Part shown: piece after piece, positions 1 through 12,785 of the stretch | How positions within the stretch are numbered: the first letter of the stretch is position 1 | How the letters are laid out: every line of letters begins with the position of its first letter | From: Macrostomum lignano | Lineage: Eukaryota | Assembly (NCBI GenBank): GCA_002269645.1 | Contig: NIVC01000543.1 | Location: 372,001-436,000 of the forward strand | Reading direction: 5' to 3' | Length of the DNA: 64,000 nucleotides | Made by a program: the position numbers and the translations under genes | Notes under the pieces: model-generated | What the model was told of the DNA's origin: nothing | The model's input: the letters and a program-made list of their open reading frames with translations, nothing else | The model's database searches: none

Positions 1-177
1 CTGCGTAAAGCGGCGGGCCAGTGGACCGCAGGCGTGCATCGGTGCCAGTGACAGGGAAGATGCTGACCTCGGCGCCCGTGTCGACCAGAAAACGCCGGCC
101 CGTCAGCACATCGGGAATGAGCAACAGGCTGCTGTTGTTGCCGGCCGCCGAGCTGGTCACTGACGACCGGCCTGCCC

Positions 178-184
178 GTTTCCC
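178..184 (-). promoter_or_regulatory. -1 ribosomal frameshift slippery heptamer G GGA AAC
   Basis: It sits in X XXY YYZ phase seven codons before the gag stop (157-159). The -1 frame is open into the FLVDTG protease motif. Confidence 0.8.
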
Positions 185-893
185 TGGAAGCTGCAGGGTG
201 CCTCGCAGCGATGGGCCTTCGCGCCGAACCGGCGATGATAAAAGCACAGCCCGCTGTCCTGACCGCGCTGTGGGGGCCGATTCTGCCGGGCCGGGCGGCT
301 GCTCCTGCTGGCCGAAGCCACCGCCGGCTGGTCAGGCGGCAGGGAGGTCGCCACCGCTGGCTGCTGGACGGAGGCAGCGGTGAACTGCGGCCTGCTGGCC
401 CACAGCCTGTCGGCGAGCTGCGCTGCTTGCCGAGGCTCCGCGAAGTCGGCGGTTGCCATGGCCATGCGCACGTCCGGCGGCAGCTGCTGGCGGAACAGCT
501 CTTCGAAGAGCAGGCACGGTGGGTGGTCTCCCAGCAGGGCGAGCATCTCATCCATGAGTTCTGAGGGCCGCCGATCACCGAGGCCGGTCATGTTGAGCAG
601 GCGACTGGCCCTCTGCTGCCTCGTCAAGTCGAAGGTGCCTTTGAGACGTTGCTTCAGCGTCTCGTACTTGCCCTCTGCTGGGGAGCCTCTAAAATGTCGA
701 GGAGGCGTTCAGCCGTTTGCTGGTCGAGCGCTGCCACCAAGTAGTTGTACTTGGTCGCATCTTGCGTGATTCCGCGCAGAGAAAACTGGGCTTCGGCTTG
801 AATGAACCATGCGCGGGTTGAGCTGCCCAAAACGTGGGCAGTTTGAGAGAGACAGCTGCCTCTGTGTTGGAAGCCATTGTACGAAATAGCTAT

Positions 894-906
894 GTCGGGC
901 TCACCA
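894..906 (-). promoter_or_regulatory. Primer-binding site, probably tRNA-Trp
   Basis: TGGTGAGCCCGAC lies directly after the LTR and before the gag ATG. It is one mismatch from the complement of the usual eukaryotic tRNA-Trp 3' end (GTCGGGGTCACCA, recalled). Confidence 0.6.
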
Positions 907-907
907 A

Positions 908-1160
908 TTTAGCGGCTTGCGAAAACGAAGTAAGTTGCAAGCGAGAAAAGTAAAAGTTTATTTGCTTTACGCGGTAAGTATAAATAAGCACGCGATCACA
1001 TGGGGAGGTGCGCCAAAAAGGTGGCACGATTGAAGGCCAACCCCCCGACTTAGCATATTGGCTGTCTGTCCGAGTACACCCACCCCCCAGCCTGGCGGGC
1101 AGGGGGTTTCAGTGCAGATGTACTCGCAATCGCTGGCTGCGTGCTGATTGGGCCGCCACA
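908..1160 (-). repeat. 5' LTR (~253 bp)
   Basis: The minus strand begins TGTGGCGGC and ends GCCGCTAAA (imperfect terminal inverted repeat). It contains AATAAA at ~958-963 and abuts the PBS. Confidence 0.7.
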
Positions 1161-3367
1161 CTATGAAAAAAAACGGACTTTCTAGCAGAATATATTTTTG
1201 ATAGCGATTTGATTTTTTTTGAGAAAGTGCGTAGCAAAATTTAGCGTAATTAAAGTTCTTGAATTTCGCGTGTCTGTGTTGCTAGGATTAAGGTTAGGGA
1301 AACGTTCACCCCTTGTCAGTTCTAAATGTTTAAATTTAGGTTAAGGAAATACGGTGGCAAATAGAAATTTCTGTATGGAAAATGTGAACCTTGCTATTAA
1401 GATACTTATCAAAAGTATTGAATTTAAGCCTATTTATTGGTCGCTAATAGGTAGTTTCGGTAAAAACCCAAGTTTCAGTAATAAAAAGTAACTAAGAGTA
1501 TTTGCAAGGGTTCTGGGCATCTTTGCACGTCTTTGCCGAAATCGACCCACGATTAGCGGTAAGGCAATTTTGCCATTCGGCGAAGTCCTGAGCAACATAC
1601 AAGCGCAGATGCTGTACGAAGGCATGTACTCAGGGTGGATAGCGGCCCGGACTTTTTAGTCGTCAGGCATGTGCACTCTGTCGGGTATGTGCACTCTCCG
1701 TGCCTTGGTGTTTGGCCGGCATAGGTGTGAATTGCCCCCAGCCATTTTTGTGCACAACAAGCAAATTAATTTGGGCACGTACAAAATCAAACCAGGGGTT
1801 TTGGCGCGAGAGCCAGATCCGTTTTCTGCTGAGCTTAAGTCTATGCACTCGAGTCAGATAAGGCTTAACGTGCATTCCAATTTCAACGCTGATTTCCGCC
1901 GCTCCCAAAAGCACTACCTGTGGCACCGCTGCGTTGTGTCATTTTTGATGAGCAAACGATCTAGGCGTTTCTATTGACTGACTCTATAAGTTTAATGTAG
2001 AAGTATTGTACTCATTGCATGATCACCTCACCGGTGTCAGACTTTCTACTCCCACCTCATGCACTCTCCTCCCGGAGAGCGAAAAACGATCATCGAGTGA
2101 CTTGCACTGCTCCCTAGGGGAGACGGCAAGTCACGACTAAGTCGGACTTTCTAGTCTCTCTTACTTGAACCCTCCCCAATTATCCATACACGTTCGGTGA
2201 GCACACTTCACAACTTTACGCGCACCGTGGGCGTGCACTTTGGTGCAGATAAATTATTAAACCCCGGGGCTGGCAGCACTAAGTAGCTCTGATATATTAC
2301 TGGTGACGCAATTTTATGAATCTCAATTCCAACTCACTGATTTACTTTAGAATCGGTGGGTACGGAGGGAGGGTGGGTTGTAGAGCCGAAACTTAGCCGA
2401 CCAATAGAATTGAGTTTTATTTAATTCACGTGCACTAAGTCACGGCCATCTGCAAGGACGTCATAAAGTAGTATGAGCCATGTCAACTGAATAACAAGAA
2501 GTTTCGCTCTGCTTCGCGTAAACTGCACCCAATCAGTATCCCATCTTCAGTTGAGCATCTCTTCGGATTTACCTGCATAGACTGCGTTACTATGCCGAAC
2601 GTGTCAGCTACAGGAGCTACAGGACAAGTACATCCTGACAATCACATGCAAATTCAACAAGTTTGCCATTTTTGGAGCTCTATCAAACATCCAGGCGGTG
2701 ACGATCACCACTGTCTTGCGGGAGATATTTAATATTTTTGGCTGGCCACGAGTTCTTCAGGATCAAGGTCGTGAATTTTGCACAGGTGTCTCTCCTTTTA
2801 AGGTCTGTTTTGGGCACACCGCTGTTCTTCCTTCCGACTTTGCTGGTAGAGAGACAGATAGGCGCTACCTGTAGCCAACGCTGGATCATGACTGGTTGTG
2901 CATAAAGGACAAAGATCGCGCGCGAATTCTATCGCTGAATTTCGCCTGGCTCAGCGCATCATGGTGCGCACACACTAGCAGTGACTAGGAGAGGCCAATT
3001 CCAGCGAGTTAAAAGTTCTTCACTATCACAGTGTAGCGCTTGGCCGAAACGTGTACAAGTTGGAGAACGTTTCCCGTTGGATCAATGGGGTTCAGCTAAA
3101 ATTGGCCGCTTAAACCACAAGTGCACTCAAATTTACACTGCTTATTGAGTTCACTTTCTTTCAGTTCACTTCACTGCTTATTAAGTTCACTTTATTCGCT
3201 TAAAATTGACTGGGATAGATTTACGAACCTATAAAAATATTATTTTTTGTTTTGGTCTAGAAAGTAACAGAAACTTTTGAACTTTTTTGTGCTTATGCAT
3301 TTTTAAATACGGCTCTTCGTGGGGGAGAGTTCATGTGGGAGATTGCAACACAAAATATAAAAACTCT

Positions 3368-3922
3368 AGGGGCAGACCACACGATCAGGGGAGACTACAT
3401 GATCGCCATAAAGTCTCTCCCACGCAGATTACAATCTACTTCCGCCCCCCCCCTGGAAAACTCGAACATACTTGAGTTCTCCGGCGGGAGCGGAAGTAGG
3501 GGAGTGTTGAAAGCATAATGCCTGTCGGCGTGAACTTGTAGCTTAGTGTACTTAAAGATTTTGTTTTGGCACAGCATGGTGCCTCTTAATTGCATTACAA
3601 TATAAATTAAATATACGAGGCGACGTTATAAGAAGTCGTTATCGACGACGAAGTCGTTATCGTCGTTATCTACGATATAGGCGACGTTATAAGCATCTCA
3701 GCCAATCTGTCTCTGAATACTTACTACGGCACTACTCTTACTAGTAAAGGCTTGTTCACACTAGCGAAGCAGCCATGCCCCGTTAGGGTCATAGCAAGAG
3801 CCCGGATGTCCTTTCTGCTTTGGTTCAGGAGGACAGTTCGGAGCTTTCGAGATGCAAAAAATCGAAAGCTTGTATAACATTCTCTCGCCGCTCACAGTGC
3901 TTCACACGTGTGGTCTGCCCCT
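3368..3922. mobile_element. MITE-like element with 16-bp terminal inverted repeats
   Basis: AGGGGCAGACCACACG (3368-3383) and its exact reverse complement (3907-3922). No coding capacity and no clear TSD. Confidence 0.55.
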
Positions 3923-3976
3923 GAGCGCTCAATGCAAAAAATCGAAAGCTTGTATAACATTCTCTCGCCGCTCACA

Positions 3977-4578
3977 TCGGCGCTGGGCTGCGGCCCGGGC
4001 TCTGCGGGCGCGTAAGTGAGTTTCCTGATAGCCAACTTCACTGTGCTTCGCTTGTGACTCTTTCCATCCTCGGAGTCGGCCACGTACGCTTTGAGTTCAT
4101 AGTCTACACCACACGGCTTGCCACTGTCGTTGGGTCCGGGCTGCAGGGTCACAGAGGCCGGGCTCTGCTGTGCCGGTAGATCAAAGCAAAACGGGTACGC
4201 ATGCTCGCCCAGCTTCTTGACCAGCCTTTCCTGCAGGCGGGTCAGTTTTCGTTCAGCTGCAGACGCATCTTCCGCTGGAGGTGGAAAGATTTGGCGGCTG
4301 CTGTGGTAGAGGTCTTTGCGGAAGGTAAGCCCCAGGACGTCAAGGTCTTCTCTGCCGTAGCGGAAGGCGGCCAGCACGTGGACGAATACTTTTCTGTCCT
4401 TCACGTACTCCGGATCCACCAGCACTACTCCATCAATCGGATCAACGTGAGTCAGATGGTCAATAAAGTCCCTCCGGCCCAGATAGGCGGTGATCTTGCC
4501 GTTAGGTGAGCTTTTCTTGAACACACGCGTACCCTGTCGCAGTTTAACCTCTTGGTTGGCCTCCTGCTGCTCTTCCAT
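3977..4578 (-). CDS. ARRB: Beta-arrestin/kurtz-like arrestin, N-domain exon (rest of gene not in window, or gene truncated)
   Basis: [57 protein letters not shown] and [26 protein letters not shown] are arrestin signatures. Homology stops after EPGPQPSAD(VS), at a possible GTGAGC donor (3976). Confidence 0.93.
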
Positions 4579-4697
4579 TTTGGCGGCACAATCGCTTGAA
4601 GCTGCGGTGACCTGGACTGGCCTGCTACCGTTGCTCCCACTGGGCCGAGTCGGACTTGCACTGCGGGGTTTGAGATACCAAGTGATACTTAATTAAA

Positions 4698-4876
4698 ACT
4701 GTCAACAGGGAGTGTCTAAAATCAGTGTCAACACGGAGTGTCTGAAACCAGTGTCAACCGGGAGTGTCTAAAATCAATGTCAACCGGGAGTGTCTAAAAC
4801 AACTGTATCAATCGGGAGTGTCTAAAACAACTGTATCGATAGGGAGTGTCTGAAACCAGTGTCAACAGGGAGTGCA
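4698..4876. repeat. 26-28-bp minisatellite, ~7 copies
   Basis: Repeated GTGTCAACAGGGAGTGTCTAAAATCA-like unit. Confidence 0.85.
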
Positions 4877-6320
4877 AAGTACTTGCCTAAAGTGAACAGC
4901 AGTGTCTTTGAATATAAAAAATTTATATTCAACACATTGTTAACACTGTTTATTCAGTCTCTATCGACACTCCAATGTAAAAACTGTCGAAACTGTCAGA
5001 TTGTTGAAACCTACCTGTCCATTCCAGGCGGGTAAAGTGATAATGAACCTAACTCCGTTTGCTACTCTTGTCTCTTACCAAGGAAAAAACGGGCAAAGTT
5101 TTGAGACGTGCAAGTTCGAATTTTAGCCCCAATATTAATAAGAGTAAATTTTGCACTGTAATCAGAGAATATTTCAAGTCAGGATCGGTACATACGCATT
5201 CCCTAAGTGTACGTACGTAGTAAATTCAACAGAGTACAGATACTACTTAGGTGTGCCCAACAATAAAAGCGTTGCTTATTTCACGTAATAAAGGAAGGGG
5301 CAAAAATCCTAATCTGTTCCAACACGGAGGACAAGTAACCAGCAGTCATTAAAACAGAAAATGATTAGAACCCAACCTACCTGTACAGGTTCTGGTCACA
5401 GTTCTGCTTCCGGCCAGGTGTATCTGAATGTCCTGGCTCGTCGCTACGTCCACTGGCCGAGGCCGCTCCCGATTTTGAGCGGATGTTTCTCCAGAGACCT
5501 TTCAGCAATTGAGAATGAAAAATCACTGATACTGGTGGCTGCATGGAGAAAACTTGACATTGATCCTTGACTAGATCAAAGTCGATGTGCAATTAGAGAA
5601 AATATAAATTAATCTTAGTATCCAAATTCAAGGTAGGTTCTACGAGCGTAATATCTCATGAACTGGCAGCGATCCCGCTAAGCCTTCCTTAAATCTATGC
5701 TTACCATTTGAGCTTAATGAGGAAACCTACTCAATCGCATTCTAGAAGATTTTTCCACACCCCATCGTTGATGTATCACAACGAACAAAGAAGAGATAAA
5801 AATAGACACGAGTCAGACGACCGACCATATGGAGTTTGGCCTAGTTGGATAACTATGTAAGCGAATGCTTAAAATGCAGCCACCCTATCCATTATTTCTT
5901 ATAATTAACGTACCTTACGCATGGAATATCAGGAACAAGTCCTGAAAATATAGTTAAGCTAAACTAATTTTAAACTAAAAAAGTAAACAAAGGCTAGTAG
6001 CAACCAGAAAGCCGGCACATGGCAATTCTAGGATAAATTTCGCATGTTTGTACTTTTACAACAAATGGTCCACGGAAACAGATGCAAAAAACAATAGTGT
6101 AAGGCTTATATAAATACGATATTTATTATTAGTAAACAGCTGATTCCATTTTCAAAATTTTCAGCTTTGCTGAGCTTGAATTTTTTTGCCTAAAATAATG
6201 AAGCTGCAAAGCAAAACAGATCAGCTTCTAAAATTGTGTCTTAATTATAATAAAAATCAGTAAAACAGTACAGCTGGCTGACTCAGAAAAATTGAGAATA
6301 ATTCTCCAGGACGATTCAGA

Positions 6321-6758
6321 GCTTCACACACAAATACGAGCGTAATCTGAGTGCTGAGAAGCTTCACACACAAATACGAGCGTAATCTGAGTGCTGAGAA
6401 GCTTCACACACAAATATGAGCGTAATCTGAGTGCTGAGAAGCTTCACACACAAATACGAGCGTAATCTGAGTGCTGAGAAGCTTCACACACAAATACGAG
6501 CGTAATCTGAGTGCTGAGAAGCTTCACACACAAATACGAGCGTAATCTGAGTGCTGAGAAGCTTCACACACAAATACGAGCGTAATCTGAGTGCTGAGAA
6601 GCTTCACACACAAATACGAGCGTAATCTGAGTGCTGAGAAGCTTCACACACAAATACGAGCGTAATCTGAGTGCTGAGAAGCTTCACACACAAATACGAG
6701 CGTAATCTGAGTGCTGAGAAGCTTCACACACAAATACGAGCGTAATCTGAGTGCTGAG
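6321..6758. repeat. 40-bp tandem repeat, 11 near-perfect copies
   Basis: GCTTCACACACAAATACGAGCGTAATCTGAGTGCTGAGAA at an exact 40-bp period, with no spacers. Confidence 0.97.
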
Positions 6759-7704
6759 GAATTCAGCCAGCTAGAGGAAGAAAATTCAGATTTCAGGTAA
6801 ACAAAAGTCGACACTCAAGCTTAATGTTATTCGAAATAAAGACTGACACTATTATAGCTAATTAAAAGAGAAAACTTTGCGTTTGCAAAAGCGCTGCAAT
6901 ATATTCAAAAGCTGTAGACCTACTACGAATGTAAAGCTGTAGCCTTTACAGTAAGTAAGTAAATAATAGGGAAATTATATAGATATACAGAAAGGGTGCC
7001 AAATTTTAAACGATTCGAATGCAGCAAGCAAGCAGCTTAAAAGTGAATTACGAGTCCAAACATATTTTAATGCATACCAATACTAATATTTAGGCGCATT
7101 AATTAATGTTGAAATATAGTTGTGCTGCTAAAATTAATTATGCTAGTTTGCGACAATGCTGCGCAATGACTAAACTATCTCGGGAGGAGGTAAATACAGC
7201 AGATATATATATGCAGTAAAAAGAGTAGACAAGCGACATTTGTTCCCATAAACTTGACTAGACATGGGAGTATAATATTGCAGAGTTATACACAGGGTAA
7301 CAAACATATGAAGCACAATACTCGTATAATCAGCCACAAAACATACAAGCTAATGTAAATAGGGTAATTAAGCTGTAAAAATATTACATAGAACTTGCAA
7401 AATTTAACCCAGAAGTTAAAACGCAAGTAAATAAATACGAGCGTATTAATTAGATTAAAAAACTACTCTGCTTTATTTTTAGAGAAAAATGACTAGCCAC
7501 GCGAAGATTACACCAAGAAGTACAAAATTCAAGTCGAACCAGCAGAGTACCCAAATTGAACTAATGTTTGTACTGCGACAGTCAGAAATAACAATATTAA
7601 ATTTACACGAGTGACAATATTGAAAACAGCTCTTAGCATTATTATACAGATTATGAGGAAAAAACCACCGAGCACGAGTTATATTCAAAGCGGTTAGCGA
7701 GCAG

Positions 7705-8648
7705 CTATTCAGCTGGCTCTCTCATAAACTCCGAGTCAGCAGCGGTGTCGGCACCAAAGTTTGCAGCAGCTTGCAGCCTCAGCAGCATGCTCATTAGCGG
7801 ATCTTCGTTGGCAGAGGCGGTGGCGGCTACGGCTGGCTGCTGCTGCCTGAGAGGCGAGGCGACCGACAAAGCCGGGTGGGTCTCGTAGCCAACATCCTCT
7901 GGCCTGAGGCGGATAAGGTCAACTGCTGGCGAGAATTCCCACGGCCAGGTAGCCATGATCCACTCAGTGGGGTCCTCCCAGGGCGCCCTCCTGCCATAGG
8001 TTTGGAGGCCTTCGCGACAGGCCTCGAGCAGGTAGGGCACGAGGCTATGGTTCCACAGATCAGCAAACCACAGCTGAGACTGCTCGGTGTCAACAGGGCA
8101 GGATAGGAACTGCCGCGGCCCTATGGTCACCTCCGAGCTGCTGTGCGTTTCCAAAAATTTGTTGAGGTGCTGCCACACGCTGGGGATCCAATCTACGATG
8201 CGGGCTGCTTCGGGCTTGTAGGCACGGTCCATTACCTCTGAGTTAAGTAGCTTTCTGCGCAGGAAGCGCCCCAGAAATCCCTTGACCGGCTCCATATGGT
8301 TTGCACAGAGCACCCAGCGGAAATTGCAAGTGTTGTGTAGCTGCAGTTTGGCCGCATGAAGCCGTTCAGAGGAGCAGCCGGCTTGGTTCATGGTGCCGAT
8401 GATATACGGACTTTTTGAACTGAGGTACGAGTTCAAAACCTCTGATAGTGGGTTCACGTGGTGAAGGTTATCTAGTATGATCACCAGGGGAACTCCGTTG
8501 CCACTCTTCTCATCAGCGATGCCGTTTAGATAAGACCTGAGCTCTTTCTCGCTCTTGTGATCTACCACGAACATCGTGACGGCACTGCTGGGTGCTCCCT
8601 CTCTTTTAACAATGTAGTCTGCGAGCTTCTGAGCCAGATATGTCTTGC
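7705..8648 (-). CDS. NAV: Neuron navigator homolog, exon 2 (AAA+ domain and C-terminus)
   Basis: Acceptor TGCAG|GC at 8649/8648 restores the P-loop GPCGTGKT across a 347-bp intron. Contains VIILDNLHH, YIIGTMNQ, FRWVLCANHMEPVKGFLGRFLRRK and DPLMSMLLRLQAAAN. Confidence 0.93.
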
Positions 8649-8995
8649 CTGCAGATAAAGTACAGGATGGGAACAACACAATTATTAGGTCAGGGAGCGT
8701 TTTTTAATTTTAAATAGGAAAATCTTTTAAAATCATCCAATCATTTAAATCATAGTCTGTGCCTAAAGATGATGAGCAGTTGCTTAACTGTGTTTAAAAA
8801 CATCGTGAGTTTTGTGCAGAAACTAACTTTTTTGTTTGTTAGATTTTTTAACATTCCAAACGTTAAAATGTTGATAGATTGTTTCGCTTTGTCTCGTTGT
8901 GCTTTCCCAATTAAGCGTTACATTGGAATCAGTTTTACATGCTAAAGTGACACTACTTTTGGGGCACCCCTCGTGAATTAATGTATTCGACTTAC

Positions 8996-11900
8996 CAGTT
9001 CCACAAGGTCCACATAAAATTATTTTTCGATGCTCCAGAAGCAAACTGATGTATCGCTGAAGAATAGCTTTCGGAATAAGAGTGTCAAACGCAAGAGAAT
9101 CAATGTGGCCTCCTGTGGAACAGGATCGAAGCAGCAGCCGCAAACCACCGGGGTCGTCAGCGCAGACGTGCGGCCGAACATCTGGCTCAGGCTGGTCGCG
9201 GCACCGGGTCACCTGGCCCAGCATGTAGCTGGCAATTGAGTCTCCGTTGAGACCTAGGCTAGCCATAGGATCGATGCGCATTACATACTCCTTAAAAAGG
9301 CGTTTAGCATAGGCGTCCATCGTCTCCCACTTAGTGCGACTGCCAATAGGAAGACAGCCGATGGGAATGGCCGGTCCAGAATCATCGTCAGCAGAGCACA
9401 CAACCACTGTCACTCGCTTGCTGTCCTCGGAACCGCTGTAGCCGAAGATCAGGTCAAAACCACCCGCTGCTGAATAGGTCGATCCAATGCTGGCAGTGCC
9501 GGAATCCAGACTTAGCCGCTTGCTTAGACTTACCTGTTGCTGCTTTTGTTGCAGTTGTTGCTGCTGTTGTTGTTTTTGCTGTTGCTGCTGGGGAATTGGT
9601 TGCTCTTGTGCGGCAGGAAAAACAGACTGTAGTCTGGAATTGTCAGCTTTCAGGGCTGACATTTCGGCTTTCATTCGCCCCATCAGATTCTGCAGCTGCT
9701 CAAGCTGGTGAGCAGAGTTCAAGGCCTCAGTCTGCAGGTCACTTAGCTTTAGCTCTTTCTCTTCTAGCTGCCTTTTTAATTGATTAACAGACGATGCGCT
9801 GGGGTTTTCTGAGGTCAGCGGGCTACAAGGTTCGTCAAAGTCTGAGATGGAGCCGCGGTTAGAGGCTGGAGCGCCTGTTGAGCTGGCGGATGATTTGCTT
9901 TTGCGCGATACCACAGCAGAAGATTTTAGCGCTTTGCCGAAAGACTCTCTGAGCCAGTGGCGCTTGCTAGGCTTGGCTGAAGCGTCGGGGGATGCAGGGC
10001 TCACCGAAGACTCCTGCTGCATTGTGGCAGCTGCGGCAGCCAGACTCTGTCTGCGGAGCTCTTCGACAGTCGCTCTAAGCTGGTTTAATTCAGATTCCTT
10101 CTTTTCGGCAGTGTTTGCTAGATGCTGTAGCTTAGCGGTCATGCCACCCAGTGAATGCTCAAAAGCCGATACTACATGCGTATTAGTGCTGAGCTGGCTG
10201 GTAAGAGTGCTCACTCGTTCATGGGCCTGTTCCAACTCCCGTCTAAGCTTTTGGATCTCATAAAGCTGTCTTTCTTCATTAGCCGACATTGACGACAAAT
10301 TCGAGTGGTTGGAGTACAGAGACAGACTTGAACCCCTAGTCTCCTTTGCTTCTGCACTAGCAGTTGCTAAAGCAGCATGTGGTTGTTGCTGAAAGCATCC
10401 TGTTGAGTTACTGGACTTTACGGGGGAATACGGTAGTCTGATATTTGACAGGCTAGAGGCAGGGCTGACGTCGCGCACTGGAGAGGATAGCTGCTTGCTG
10501 GCGCTAAGCGATCTAGCGTGCCGTGCAGACTTACTAAGAATATCGGAGCCCAAGAGGTCACTAGGTGGAGCTGCTGGCGCCTGTCCTGCAGCGAGTCGAA
10601 TGCCGTCCGCCTGCTCGGCAGGATAAAGTCGGGACAGGATACTGCGCTGCTGTGATCCAGCAGCGTTACACGAAACGGCACCAATCATCTCAGTATCAGA
10701 AAAATAGCAGCTCGGATCACCACCGATGCTATCAAAAGCGTCACCACGACGAAAATTAAGCGAGCCATAATCGTCAGTAAGATCGGATGCCTCTGCATCA
10801 GACAGGGCCCCAAAGCGACGAAGAGTTGAAGAATATTGATCAGAAGCAGCAGCAGCCGCAGCGGGTGACACGCGACTGCGGTTAAGAAGAGTCCGACCAA
10901 TTGGCATGGACTGAAAGCTGCTGACAAAACCTTGCTGCTGCTGCTGCTTCTGTCGCAGCTGCTGCCTAATTGAGGCTGCTGCAGAAGCTGCAGAAGCGGC
11001 ATTTGGGGCTGCAGAAGTGCTTGTCTTCAGTAGACTTTCATCTTTTTCCAACTCTGCCACGGCATCGGAGATCTCTCCGGAGCTCACAGAGTTGGAGTCC
11101 TCACCATCAACTTCAGGCCCGTCAGTTTCAGAGTCTAATTCATTACTCTTGTGGACATATCGATCTGTTGTCTTACGATTGTATTCCTGAACGGCCTGCA
11201 TGCCCTCTCGAAATCTTTGCTGCATACGCCTAGCGCATGATCCAATGCCGCTCTCACTCATGTAGCCCCCGTCACTAGCATAACCACTGCTGTTACGCAT
11301 ATGAGGGTCGCAGTCGGAAGCATACCCGGATGCATCAGTGCTTTGTTGGCCAACAGGATGAACCATGCCGGAGTTTACTAACTTCAGGTAGGTGTAGGGA
11401 CTGTTTCCAGCAGGAGCTGCCGTTTGCAGCCGAGAAAGCCTTGCAGGGGAGCCATTAAAGTTATTATTTTGAGACAACTGGGCTTTTTCTATTCGTTCGC
11501 GTAGGCGCTCAGAAAGTTGCATCCCGCCGACTTCTAGCTTTAAAGCTGACGGTGGCGAAGCTATAACGTCAACTCCCTCTGATTTGGCGCGAACTTCTCT
11601 ACTTGATGAAGATGTAGAAGCAGCAACAGTGGAAACGACTGCTCTTGGAACCATCTTTCGACCACCCGCTTCAGCGGACGGTAGAGTTAATTGCTTTGTT
11701 CCACAACCAACTGATACTTGCGGCTGTTTGGCCTCAGATCCTATGGTCTGGGTGACTCCACAGCCTAACGAAACTTGGCGCTGCTTGGAAATACCTGCCA
11801 CCGACATGGGCAGCGAAGTTGTCGGTCCATTTAGCTGCGTTGCAGAAGCCATGGCAGACTGCTTTGAGTCGGGGGCTGCCATAGCCGAGTTAATAAAGTT

Positions 11901-12785
11901 CGATGAGTCTGGAGCAGAAGACCTTGATGCTGAGGAAGCTGATACAGTGGATGTCGAAACACTGGTCTGTGACAGTTTCTGTTGATGAGAAGCGATTTGG
12001 GCAACACCTCCTGAATTGTAAAGCTCCCTGGCTTTGTGCCTATCGTGCCTACTTGATTGTGTAGCGACAGAGGTTCGCTGCGGCTGTCCAGACACTTCAG
12101 TAGAAGCTGGTGGCCCTGTAGGAAGAGGAATCGATGAGTACTTTAGCGATTCGCCAGTCTGATTGCTAGTTGCAGCTGATCGGGTGGTTCCTGCAGATGA
12201 CGAGGCCCGAGAACTGCGACTAGACTTGTGCTGTTTGCTTGAGATCGAATGTTTCGACGACATTTGCTGCTGGTGCGAATGAGGTTGAGATGGTGGGGGT
12301 TGAGGAATACCAGTTGAGTTAGAACGACCAGCTGAGAGATTTGGAGAAGGTCGAGCGAGCTGCCGACTTCCACCAGACGAGGCCGAGGCAGTCCGATGAG
12401 CTTGCGTTGTCTGCTGCTGCTTTTGATAATATGATTGTTGTTGCTGCTGCTGCTGCTGTTGAGAATGCTGAGCACTTGGAATATGGGATGCATACAAATG
12501 GCTACTGGACTGTTTTTGAAATTGATGCTGTTGCTGAAGATGCTGAACACCATACGTTTGTTGGCCTTCAGTATCATAGTAGGGCCCAGGCTGGGCAATT
12601 TGGTGCCTGCCAGCAGAGCGAGAGTGATGCTGAGACCGAGAGGCTGTGTGGTGCTTCCGGCTGCCAATGCCAGTTGAAGACAGTGGATCGGGTAGAGGAG
12701 CAGCATCCTGATGCTGAGCTGGCTGCTGCGACTTGGACGCCTTGTGGCGATCGCGGTCGCGAAAGAATCTCAGTTTGTCCAACAT
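8996..12785 (-). CDS. NAV: Neuron navigator / unc-53 / sickie homolog, exon 1
   Basis: Starts MLDKLRFF (ATG 12785). Contains SGYASDGGYMSE, GSSLSLYS...EIQKLRRELEQAHERVSTLTSQL, WLRESFGKAL and SLAFDTLIPKAILQRYISLLLEHRKIILCGPCGTG. Donor ACTG|GTAAGT at 8996/8995. Confidence 0.92.

Larger units (their letters stand above)
1..1160 (-). mobile_element. Ty3/Gypsy LTR retrotransposon, 5' part (LTR, PBS, gag, start of protease); continues beyond window start
   Basis: Gag starts at ATG 877 with KLPTFWAAQP, then GLGDRRPSELMDEM and CFYHRRFGAKAHRC, with frameshifts. The protease motif FLVDTGAEVS lies in the -1 frame at ~65-95. A PBS and an LTR lie upstream. Confidence 0.92.

Noticed and set aside
1434-3595. 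Short ORFs (60-102 aa) between the LTR and the arrestin exon
   Set aside because: No recognisable motifs, no arrestin C-domain similarity and no consistent splice structure.
6321-6758. 40-bp repeats as a CRISPR array
   Set aside because: Units are contiguous with no unique spacers, there are no cas genes, and the context is eukaryotic.
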